In this document: positions 1 to 10,312 of the stretch, one piece after another
How positions within the stretch are numbered: position 1 is the stretch's first letter
How the letters are laid out: the number at the start of each line of letters is the position of its first letter
From: Mobula hypostoma
Lineage: Eukaryota
Direction: 5' to 3'
Length of the DNA stretch: 64,000 bases
Assembly: GCF_963921235.1 (NCBI RefSeq)
Contig: NC_086108.1
Coordinates: forward strand, 29,576,001-29,640,000
Program-made: the position numbers and the translations under genes
Notes under the pieces: generated by a model
What the model was told of the DNA's origin: nothing
What the model saw: only the letters and a program-made list of their open reading frames with translations
The model's database searches: none

Positions 1-215
1 CTGGATGGTGAGAGTCCTTGGTGACGGATGCCTGTTGAAGATGACCTCAGTGGTGGGAAGGGTTGTGCCCATGATGGAGCAGACTAAGTCTGCCACTGTC
101 TGCAGCCTCTTGCAAACCTCTGTACCAGAGCCTCCACACCAGGCTGCGATGCAACCAGTCAGAATGCTCTCCACTATACACCTGCTGAAACTTTTAGAAG
201 CCTTCAGCAATATAC
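1..215 (-). mobile_element. Rex1/Babar-like LINE fragment (3' part of ORF)
   Basis: Resembles the other Rex-like copies in the window (gtgcccatgatgga, ccagtcagaatgctctcc; compare 49120-49260). Boundaries approximate. Confidence 0.55.
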
Positions 216-638
216 TCAAACAAGTAAAAAAAAATAATTCCCAACACAAATTAAATCCTACCCAACAGACAGATTTTGGACCATTAATATGGACCCATGA
301 CTAGCTCCCACTGTGACAGCTGGGAGATTAATTTCAACTAATTAAATAAATCTGAAACATGAAAAATCTACCAGGTAATTGTAAAAACCCACCTGGATAA
401 CAAATGCCCTGCAGCAGAGAAAATCTGCTGTCTTTATACAGTCTAACGTGTATCTACTCCATACTTGTGGAGTTAAATGTTCCCTAGGTAGGTTGTGGGC
501 AATAATTACGATGTGCCATATGACTTGCTGGTGCTAACTATTGAGTATGTGCCACACCTCTTCTCCCCATGAAGGATTTTCATACCAAATCATCAGGAAA
601 TTATAGTTGCTGAGGTAAAACTGAGGGAGGAAAGGAAA

Positions 639-870
639 TTTCCAAATGTAGTTGTTTAACAGCACAGGCGCATATTCCAGATGTGCTTTTTTTGCAATGC
701 AAGTGTGAAGTCCAGATGTGCTTCTCTAATAGCTCACTTGCGGACTCTAGGTGTGCTTGTTTAACCATACAAGTATAAGTACAGACTCCAGATGTGCTTC
801 CTTAATGACACAAGTGTGAACTAAAGGTATGTAGTTTTAATTGACAAGTGCAGACCTTGGGAGCTGTTTT
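639..870. repeat. Degenerate ~35-bp tandem repeat, about 6 units
   Basis: Units begin TCCAGATGTGCTT or variants (near 640, 676, 711, 746, 787, 822) and end CAAGTG..AC-like. Confidence 0.65.
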
Positions 871-1689
871 CCAATCAACACCTTAACAAAGTGCGCACTG
901 CTCTCAATACCATATCTGTGCCGAAATGGTGACCAATCTTCACTTACAAATCATTACCAATTTCTGAAAATATTGCGTCTACTGGATTTTGATGGGATTA
1001 AATCTTCAACAGATTTAATGAATTATGAGCTTCATAAATTAATTCATAGAATTAATAAATTTGCAGCAGCTTGAGTTTAATTGTCATTCAACCATACATG
1101 AATGCCCATGAATACAGCCAAACTAAACAGCATTATTCCAGGGACAAGGTGCAATAGACAGTACTAACAATCGTACACAGCACAAGGCACATATAAGATA
1201 GCAGTAAAATATAAAGTCACACAGAAATATCTAGTCCAAGTCCCTGAGCCTGCAGTCGAACACAATGTATATTGTTTTCTGCCGAGTGAACACCAGAGGG
1301 CAGCACCAACTCCGACATGTACGCTGCGCCATACCCACTCTGTCACTCTGATGGAGCACACCAACTCTGATATCTCCTCCAGGTGGCCACAAACAGGCGA
1401 CATTGCGGCTTGAAGCCTAGTTGCCACCTTGACCAAGGGCATGCAGCCCCCCTCACCCCCCAGCACCATTCACCAATAATTCAGTGGATCGGACTTGCCG
1501 CATTCCACATTAACAATGTCCAACAGGGTCTTGCAATCACAAGGAAAGTGGTGGAGTTGATCTCTTGCTGTTAGACTGCACATCCACTCTGACACAGGCA
1601 GCAGCACAATCCACAGCAAGTCCAGCTCCTTCAGTTTCTCCGCCAGCGAGTAACTCGCTGCTGGGGTAGACCTGTAGTAATTTAAGTTC

Positions 1690-3496
1690 TTAATGTCCAG
1701 CAGGGTCTTGTGGGTAAGATGGTGTTGAACACTGACCTGTAATCAATAAACAGCAGCTTGACATAGCTATTGCTATTGTCCAGGTGGTCCAAGGCCAACA
1801 GGGGAGCCAGTGGGATTGCATCTGCTGCAGACCGATTGTGGCAAAAGGCAAACCGCAGTTGATCCAGGCCCGTCCTTAGGCAGGATTTGGTTCTGGCCAT
1901 GACCAAGATCTCAAAGCAGTTCATCACGGTAGATGTGACTGCAACTGGGCAATAGTCATTGAGACAACTCACCCTGCTCTTCCTTGGCACTGGTATGATT
2001 GTCCACAGTTTGAAGCAGGTGGGAATCTCTGACTGCAGCAGTGAGAGATTGAAGATGTCCTTGAATACTCCTGCCTGTTGGTTAGCACAGGTTTTCAGTG
2101 TCTTCCCGGGTACACCTCCGGGGCCTGACACCTTGTGAGAATTCACCCTCTTGAAAGGTGTTCAGACATCAGACTCCGAGACAGAGGTCACAGGGTCACC
2201 AGATGGTGCAGGGATTCACACAGGTATCGTTTTATTCTCCCTTTCAAAGTGTGCATAAAAGGTGCTGAGCTCATCTGGGAGTGAAGCAACACAGCCATTC
2301 ATGATGTTAGGTTTCACCTTGTAGGGAGTAATGGCCTGCAGATCCTGCCAGAGCTGACTTACATCTGGTTCTACCTCTAACTTCAATCAGAATTCTTTTT
2401 TTTCACCCTTAAAATAGCCTTCCATAGGTTATACCTGGACTTCTTGAATAGTTCGGGATCACCAGTTGTGAAAGCACAAATCAAATCTGTAGTAGACTGT
2501 GAATTTCCTGATTCATCCATGGCTTTTGGTTTGGGGATGTCTGGTGTGTTCTCGAAGGCACACTCTCGTCCATGCAGGTCTTGATGAAGTTGGTGACAAC
2601 TGTGATATATATTCATTCAGATTCAAGCTGAACCCCTGAATAGCATCCAGTCCACTATTTCAATGCTGTCCTGTAAGTGCAACTCCACCTCCCTTGATCC
2701 CTTGATCATACCTTCATAGTCCTTCACCGTTGGTACTGCCGTCCTCAGTTTCTGTCTGTATGTTGGTAGTAGAGATGCAGCCAGGTGATTGGACTTTCCA
2801 ATGGTTGGGATGGCGAGGTAAGCATTCCTGATGGTGGTGTAACAGTGCTCGCATGTGCTGTCTCCTCTGGTGATATGTTGGTGGTAGGTAGTCAGAGACA
2901 TCCTCAATCTGGCCTGGTTGAAATCCCCTATAATGATAAAGAAGGCATCAGGATGCACTGTTTCGTGACTGCTGATCATGGTGCTTAGCTCCTTCAAAGT
3001 CTGCCTGACTTTGGCCAGGGGTAGAATGTACATCGCTACCAGGATGATGATGGAACTGTCCCTTGGCAGATAAAATGGACACACTTGGATGCTAGATGTT
3101 CCAGGTTGGATGAGCAGGCCTGAGACGGAAATGTCATGTCTATGCACCCCTGATGTGTTTGTCGTTCAACACACTCACTCTTCTCTACCTTTAAAAGATT
3201 CAGCTATTCTGACTTTGCATAGATGGTGAAGCCCTTAGGCTGTAGCGATCTGGCCAAAATGGTGGATTTCAGCCAGGTTTCCTTGAAACAAAGTACGCAG
3301 CATTCCCCGGTGTCCCTCTGGTACTCAATCTTGCACTGAGGTCTTCAAGTTTATTTTCCAGAGAGTGTACATTCACCAGCAGGATGTTCAGGAGTGGGTT
3401 GTCTAAGGGTTGTGCGTTTCAATCGTATTTGCAGAACAGTATGCTTTGCGTGCTTCCTTTTTCTGAAAAGGAAACTACTTGCAACCTGAGTCTGCA
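1690..3496 (-). mobile_element. Degenerate Rex1/Babar LINE (endonuclease and RT fragments), interrupted by the LTR element and continuing at about 8604-8720
   Basis: ORF fragments CPFYLPRDSSIIILVAMYILP..IIGDFNQA and GPGGVPGKTLKTCANQQAGVFKDIFNLSL..LLFIDYRSVFNTI, with frameshifts. Confidence 0.85.
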
Positions 3497-4360
3497 CATA
3501 AAATTAAGATGTTTGCTGGCCTGGGCTAGCATCAGTGGCATCAGCAGTTGGTCTGCCACCTGCCCTCAGGGGAAGGAGAGATAAGGAACAATGGAGCAGC
3601 GTCTGGAGATGTGTAATGTAAGGGATGTGGGAGAGAGAGCTGTCTGGAGCGGCTCCCCCCTTTGAACCCTGAACTGTTTGAAGTGATGGACAGGCGATAC
3701 CCCAGCAGGGGGATAAAAAGGGACAGGTTCGCTAAGACAGACACACACGCCACCCGAGGTAACGAGACCCTGGAAGCGGTGCGCCTCTCACGAGTGGTGA
3801 GAAGTACCGGACAACGCACAGGGTGGAAAGGTACGATCAGCGGGAACCCGGTGTGTGTCCGCCCTTGCCTGGGTGCCGGGTTCACTGCAGAGGATCGACC
3901 GCATCTGGAGGAGGGGTCACAGTCGGTGACCTCAGGTGACATCACCAATGACCCGCCCAAAAGCTGTTTGCGAGCCATCTCGCTGGTCTGTGAGCCATCT
4001 TGCTGGTCTGTGAGTGAAGCCGTTCTGAATGATCAGTTGTTCCTATTCTATGTCTCTCTTCCCCCACCTTGTCCATCGCCATGGCAACGATTACTGCGAA
4101 TTGAACTACTAACTGGACTGAACTTTGAGTCATTTTGAAATTGGTCATTTACCCCTAGACAACGATAGAGCTTGATTGATGCTGTTATCTTAATTCTGTG
4201 CACATGTGTGGTTATCATTGTTGAATTGTTGCATTTATTATCCTTTCGATTACTGTGTTGCTTGTTTCTTTAATAAAACTTTCTTAGTTCTAGTACTCCA
4301 GACTCCAACTGAGTGATCCATTTCTGCTGGTTTGGCAACCCAGTTACGGGGTACGTAACA
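3495..4360 (+). repeat. 5' LTR, lacking the first 13 nt (TGTTACGAGAATA) and carrying a 20-bp tandem duplication at about 3972-4011
   Basis: Aligns to 7550-8395; ends CGTAACA; AATAAA near 4272. Confidence 0.95.
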
Positions 4361-4364
4361 TAAG

Positions 4365-4390
4365 TGGGGTTCTCGTCCGCGATTTTGAAC
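4365..4390 (+). promoter_or_regulatory. Primer-binding site, imperfectly complementary to the tRNA-Pro 3' end
   Basis: TGGGGTTCTCGTCCGCGATTTTGAAC compared with the tRNA-Pro complement TGGGGGCTCGTCCGGGATTTGAAC; starts 4 nt after the LTR end. Confidence 0.8.
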
Positions 4391-4459
4391 GCTAAATTTG
4401 GGACGGAGTAAATTGATTGGGTTAAAATTCCCGAAAGAAAGAAAAGACAAACAGCAGAA

Positions 4460-7364
4460 ATGGAGGTTGAGGAATTTATAAAGGCGCCGACCTTGGAGGC
4501 ATTAGAGGATGCCAGGAAATCGGAATTGATAGCTGTGGCCAAACGGGTGAATCTTGATAAGGTGAAGTCGACAATGAGGAGAGAGGAGATACACAGAGCT
4601 ATTGTAGAGCACTATGTATCTAAAGGTGTGTTTCCCCAAGGTGAGCTGGGGGAGGTGTCTATTGAAAAACCTGCTGGAGACGCGGTACAGGTACAGCTTG
4701 AAAAACTGAGACTCGAGCACGAGTTCCGGGTACGGCAGTTAGAACACGAAGAGAAGCAGTTAGAAAGGCAGGAGAAAGAGAGAGAGTTAGAAAGGCAGGA
4801 GAAAGAGAGAGAGTTAGAAAGGCGAGAGAGAGAGAAAGAGGTAGAAAGGCAAGAGAGAGAAAGACAGTTGGAGAGAGAAGAGAGAGAGGGACAGACAGTT
4901 GGAGAGAGAGGAGAAACAGAGGGAAAGGGAATTTGAGCTGGAGAAGTTAAAGATAAGGGCCGAGCAGGGGCTCGTGCCGAACCAAGGTGGAGGGTTCCGG
5001 GCGACCCAGGAGGTTAGGCTGGTTCCCCCATTTGACGATACCGATGTGGATCGGTACTTTCTCCATTTCGAAAAAGTGGCCATAAGTCAGGACTGGCCAA
5101 GGGATAAGTGGGTTGTTTTACTTCAGAGTGTACTGAAAGGGAAAGCCCAACAAGCTTACTCCGCTTTATCCGCGGAAGATGCCCAGAAGTATGAGGTGGT
5201 GAAGGAGGCCATCCTCAGGATTTATGAGTTGGTCCCGGAGGCATACCGGCAGAGGTTCCGGAATGCGAGGAAGCAGTGGGACCGCACGTATTTGGAGTTT
5301 GCTCGCGAGATGCAAACATATTGTGAGCGTTGGTGCGCCTCGAAAGGGGTAGAGGGGGATTATGACAGACTGCTGCAGCTGATTCTGATTGAGCAGTTTA
5401 AAGGTTGTGTCCCTGAGGGTATGAGACCCTACCTCGATGAGAAAGAGGCAGCCACGTTAGCCGCAACTGCTAAGTTAGCGGATGAGTATGCGTTGACGCA
5501 TAAAATGAAGGTTGCCCCGAGTAAAGGCTACCAGAAGGGTAGTCAGGACGGAGGGGAGAGTCCGCCGGAAAAGTCAGAAAGTAAGCCGGGGACTAGTGAA
5601 AAGGATAAGGTGGACCGGGAGCAGTCTGGTCGGAAGTCTCCTGGGGTCGTCTGTTATAATTGTGGGAAAGTCGGACACTTTGCGTCCAGGTGCTTTGCCC
5701 CAAGGAAGGAGACGGGGAAAGGAAAAGCGGAAATTTTGAATGGCTGTATTGAGCTGTTAAGCGAACCGCTAGGGAAGGACAGGTCTGAAAAAGTCCAGGA
5801 AGGGCGCGAGAGGTTTATCTCGGCCGGACTGGTGTCAGTGAAGGAGAGGTTAAAACCAGTTCCAGTGCGGATCTGGAGAGACACGGGAGCGTGTCAGTCA
5901 CTAATACTGAAGAGTGTATTAGAGTTTAGCTCAGAGACCCAGACTGGGGAGGTAGAGGTCAAAGGTGTTGGGGAAGGGACAGAGTCAGTCCCTTTGCACC
6001 AGATACATTTACAGAGCAACCTGGTCTCTGGACTAGTCACGATCGGGGTGAGGTCCGAATTACCGATGAAAGACGTGGAAGTCTTGCTCGGTAATGACAT
6101 CGCCGGAGGAATCGTGTTCCCAGTCGTGAGATTGACGGGTCAGCCTGCCAGCATGGAGGCCCCGCCCGCAATGGTGAATTTGGCTGAAACATTTCTGCCA
6201 ACCTTGTATGAGACAGGGTGTAGTGAGATAAGAGGTAGTGAGGGAGCTGGGACGGACGTAGCAGTAGCCAGGAAAGAATTTGTGCAGACGCAGGAGCGAG
6301 ACGAGGGGCTGATGGTTCTTGCCGAGACCGCTCTCTCTGACACAGCCTTGACAAGGGAACTAGTAGGCTATTGTGCGGATGAGGAAGTGCTAAGGAAGAA
6401 AGGGAAATCAAGGACAGTATCCGCAGATGAGGAGTGGGGGGTGGTGCAAAAGAGTTATGGGGATGAGGTTTTTAACATGGCCCACGAGGTACCCCCCGGT
6501 GGACATTTTGCGGTGCTGGAGGAAACAGTTGGTGGAATCATGAAAGAGATTTACCGGCTGCCCAGGGGGAAAAATGTTATTGATCATGACCGACGCGAAC
6601 TGAGACGGTCACCGGTTTTTGATATGCTAACAAACCAGGTCGGTGTTAGCGTGGAAATCAATGAAGCTAGGGGCCCCCTGCTAAGAGGAAAAAACCATTT
6701 TGAAAAGATTAGGATGGGATCGGTCAGATGGGAGAAGGCTATTGTTTTGGCCAGGTCTACTGATAAGGTCTCTCCCTTAATCCCCGAAGGAGTAATTAAA
6801 CGACTCGCACCCATGTGTTTGATTGTCCCGAGGAAATGCAAAGAACTGGGACGTTGGGTGATTGTGGTTACAATAGGGCGGCCAAGTAAACAACACCCAT
6901 ATTTTTTGAGTAATTCAGTGACTAAAGGGCTGATGAACACAGAGGTGTGTATTGGCGATTTAACACGGCTGTCTGAAGCCAGCTTGATAGTGAACCTTGA
7001 AAAAAATGAATTCGGCCACACGAAGATCACTTACCTGGGAATTGTGGTGACACAGGGGCAGCTGGCAGTGATGCAAGCTACAGTGCAGGCTATCGCTGAC
7101 CTCCCAACCCCGACAGACAAGAGGGCCCTCAGAAGGCTCTTGGAGATGGTGGGGTACTGCAGGAAGTTTTGCAATAACTCTGCGGTCAATACCCGTCCCC
7201 CTCCTACTAAGCCCTTGCGAGAGAAAACTGAGCCGGAATGGGACGACCCTTGTTGTTGTGGTCCGGGACAAAACCAAATGAGAGGTTACATTGGTCGCAA
7301 TTCATCAGTGTTTTTGGCCACTATGAAGTTTGCTGAGTTGGAGCCTGGTCTAAGGGATTATTAA
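4460..7364 (+). CDS. Gag-protease-truncated Pol polyprotein of the Gmr1-like element; one frameshift near 4890 in the GA-rich coiled-coil repeat
   Basis: ORFs 4460-4936 and 4899-7364. SCAN-like PEAYRQRFR..LILIEQF..LADEY; CYNCGKVGHFASRC; RDTGA..LLGND protease; AHEVPPGGHF (INT zinc-finger half); KQHPY and VNLEKNEF..TYLG..VGYCRKFC (RT). Confidence 0.85.
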
Positions 7365-7524
7365 TAACACGTGTAAAAGGAACAGAAAATGTGATGACTG
7401 TCTGTCAAGGTGTTGACAGCTTCAAATTCTCTGTATTAGCTAAATAACTGTTAAAGATGTATATTGTGTATGTATCAGATAATGTAGTCATGTTTGTAAT
7501 TTTTACCTCCCGGTAAAAATCCTT

Positions 7525-7536
7525 AAAGGGGGGAAG
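7525..7536 (+). promoter_or_regulatory. Polypurine tract
   Basis: AAAGGGGGGAAG immediately before the TG of the 3' LTR. Confidence 0.85.
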
Positions 7537-8395
7537 TGTTACGAGAATACACATAAAATTAAGATGTTTGCTGGCCTGGGCTAGCATCAGTGGCATCAGC
7601 AGTTGGTCTGCCACCTGCCCTCAGGGGAAGGAGAGATAAGGAACAATGGAGCAGCGTCTGGAGATGTGTAATGAAGGGATGTGGGAGAGAGAGCTGTCTG
7701 GAGCGGCTCCCCCCCTTTGAACCCTGAACTGTTTGAAGTGATGGACAGGCGATACCCCAGCAGGGGGATAAAAAGGGACAGGTTCGCTAAGACAGACACA
7801 CACGCCACCCGAGGTAACGAGACCCTGGAAGCGGTGCGCCTCTCACGAGTGGTGAGAAGTACCGGACAACGCACAGGGTGGAAAGGTACGATCAGCGGGA
7901 ACCCGGTGTGTGTCCGCCCTTGCCTGGGTGCCGGGTTCACTGCAGAGGATCGACCGCATCTGGAGGAGGGGTCACAGTCGGTGACCTCAGGTGACATCAC
8001 CAAGGACCCGCCCAAAAGCTGTTTGCGAGCCATCTCGCTGGTCTGTGAGTGAAGCCGTTCTGAATGATCAGTTGTTCCTATTCTATGTCTCTCTTCCCCC
8101 ACCTTGTCCATCGCCATGGCAACGATTACTGCGAATTGAACTACTAACTGGACTGAACTTTGAGTCATTTTGAAATTGGTCATTTACCCCTAGACAACGA
8201 TAGAGCTTGATTGATGCTGTTATCTTAATTCTGTGCACATGTGTGGTTATCATTGTTGAATTGTTGCATTTATTATCCTTTCGATTACTGTGTTGCTTGT
8301 TTCTTTAATAAAACTTTCTTAGTTCTAGTACTCCAGCCTCCAACTGAGTGATCCATTTCTGCTGGTTTGGCAACCCAGTTACGGGGTACGTAACA
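7537..8395 (+). repeat. Complete 3' LTR (859 bp)
   Basis: TGTTACG...CGTAACA inverted termini; near-identical to the 5' LTR. Confidence 0.95.
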
Positions 8396-8603
8396 CAAAG
8401 TACGCAGCATTCCCCGGTGTCCCTCTGGTACTCAATCTTGCACTGAGGTCTTCAAGTTTATTTTCCAGAGAGTGTACATTCACCAGCAGGATGTTCAGGA
8501 GTGGGTTGTCTAAGGGTTGTGCGTTTCAATCGTATTTGCAGAACAGTATGCTTTGCGTGCTTCCTTTTTCTGAAAAGGAAACTACTTGCAACCTGAGTCT
8601 GCA
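8396..8603 (+). repeat. 208-bp direct duplication of host sequence 3289-3496 flanking the LTR element
   Basis: CAAAGTACGCAGCATTCCCC...AACCTGAGTCTGCA occurs on both sides at offset 5107 and appears identical. Confidence 0.93.
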
Positions 8604-9044
8604 GTATGGACTCTGCCAATTTTGAGGATCAATAGATTATTTTTGTTGCTTAAAAACGATGTTGTTTACTGAAGTAAACATGGCTGTGACTGTGGATTTC
8701 AGCTGTAGTAGTCCAAAGTGGGAATACTTTGTGATTGCATTCAGAGCTGCTCACAAAGTTTCACCGTTTTCTGGTGCCATCTTGGAACAAAAGTGCTGGG
8801 ACCACAACCTATGGACTCACTTTCAAGGACACTTCATCTCATGATCTCAATATGTATTGCAAATATATTTATTATTGTTGTTTTGTTTCTTTCCTCTTTT
8901 TATATTTACACAATTTGTTGTATTTTGTACATTGTTTATCCGTCTTGTGTGTAGTTATTCATTTATTTTATTGTGCTTCTTGTATTTACTGTGAATGCCC
9001 ACAAGAAAATCAATCCCATGCTAGTATATGGTAACATATATGTA

Positions 9045-9859
9045 CAGGTGCACATTTCTTTATCCGAAATCCTGATATCCAAGAAGCTCCGAAAACCGAA
9101 GTTTTTTCGCCAACAGCTGACATGTGTCGTGGCAGCAGAGGCCGCCAGTCGTCAGTTGAGGCTCAGCACTCGTACTGGTTACACGTCCATGTGCTGTTCG
9201 CTGATATTTTGTGTTCACTGTTGACTTTGTGTTTAATTTCACTGTGAAAATGTCACAAAGAGCTGCAGATACCCCCATGGGTAACAATGAGAAAAAGAGA
9301 AGGAATCTTCTCTATCAATAACGCAGAAAGTGGAGTTATTGCAGAAGCTTGATCGTGGTGTGTCTGTGCGGCGTCTTACTCAAGAAAATAATGTCGGAAC
9401 TACCACTGTATATGATTTAAATAAACAGAAAGACAAGTTACTGAAGTTTTATAGCGACACTGACAGTGATGTTCTACACTTATTCCAATAAGTCATTTAC
9501 CATGTGTTGATTCGGTTCGTTTGAAGCTGTATATTTTTATGTTTTATTGAATGTTTTTGTTGGAAATAAAATTTCTTCATCATTATTCCCTAAACAATAC
9601 AGTATAACAATTATTTACATAGCATTTACATTGTATTAGGTATTATGTAATCTAGAGATGATTTAAAGTATACGGGAGGATGTGTGTAGGTTTGGTGCGC
9701 CGCTGGGTCCTAAAGTCCACTGCACAGAGACAGGTTAAATAAGGGACTTGAGCATATGTGTTTTTTGGTATTGGAGGGGAGGGGTTCTGAAATCTGAAAA
9801 ATTCAAAATTCTGAAATGCAACTGGCCCCAAGGGTTTCGGATAAGGGATTGTGGACCTG
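9045..9859 (+). mobile_element. Tigger/pogo-family non-autonomous DNA transposon with an N-terminal HTH transposase remnant
   Basis: TA|CAGGTGCACATTTCTTTATCCGAAA ... TTTCGGATAAGGGATTGTGGACCTG|TA. Frameshifted MSQRAADTPMGNNEKKRR/SITQKVELLQKLDRGVSVRRLTQENNVGTTTVYDL at about 9250-9460. Splits a Rex-like 3' tail (about 8800-9044 and 9860-9890). Confidence 0.88.
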
Positions 9860-9924
9860 TACTTTGATAATAAATTTACTTTGAACTTTATCTTCATTCC
9901 ACCGAGATGTAACACTAAGTGTCA

Positions 9925-10145
9925 TAAGAAGTCATTCTTGCCTGTGGCCATCAAACTTTACAACTCCTCCCTTGGATGGTCAGACACCCTGAGCCAATAG
10001 GCTGGTCCTGGACTTATTTCCTGGCATAATTTACATATTACTATTTAATTATTTATGGTTTTATTACTATTTAATTATTTATGGTGCAACTGTAACGAAA
10101 ACCAATTTCGCTCGGGATCAATAAAGTATGACTATGACTATGACT
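9925..10145 (+). mobile_element. Rex1-like LINE 3' end with (CTATGA)n tail
   Basis: Reverse complement of about 17551-17775; ends AATAAAGTATGACTATGACTATGAC. Confidence 0.8.
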
Positions 10146-10312
10146 TCCTCACATTTCCCTTAACTCATCCCAGGTTCTACCATACACAAATAATTGAGAG
10201 GCAATTTACAGTGGCCAATTAACCTACATTATCTTGGAATGTGGAGCACACAGGGGAAACTCATATGGCCTCATTGAGGAGATGCAAGCTTCATGCAGAC
10301 ATTACCTGAGGT

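Larger units (their letters stand above)
3495..8395 (+). mobile_element. Gmr1-like Ty3/gypsy LTR retrotransposon, internally deleted (non-autonomous), recent insertion
   Basis: Two near-identical ~860-bp LTRs, tRNA-Pro-like PBS, PPT, gag with SCAN-like capsid and CCHC knuckle, DTG protease, then INT, RT and RNase H remnants in Gmr1 order. Confidence 0.92.

Noticed and set aside
3541..4148. ORFs inside the LTRs (also 7596-8183)
   Set aside because: No recognisable domain, and frames differ between the two LTR copies because of indels.
4460..7364. Domesticated SCAN or Gag-derived host gene
   Set aside because: It is flanked by near-identical LTRs with PBS and PPT, so it is a recent mobile copy.
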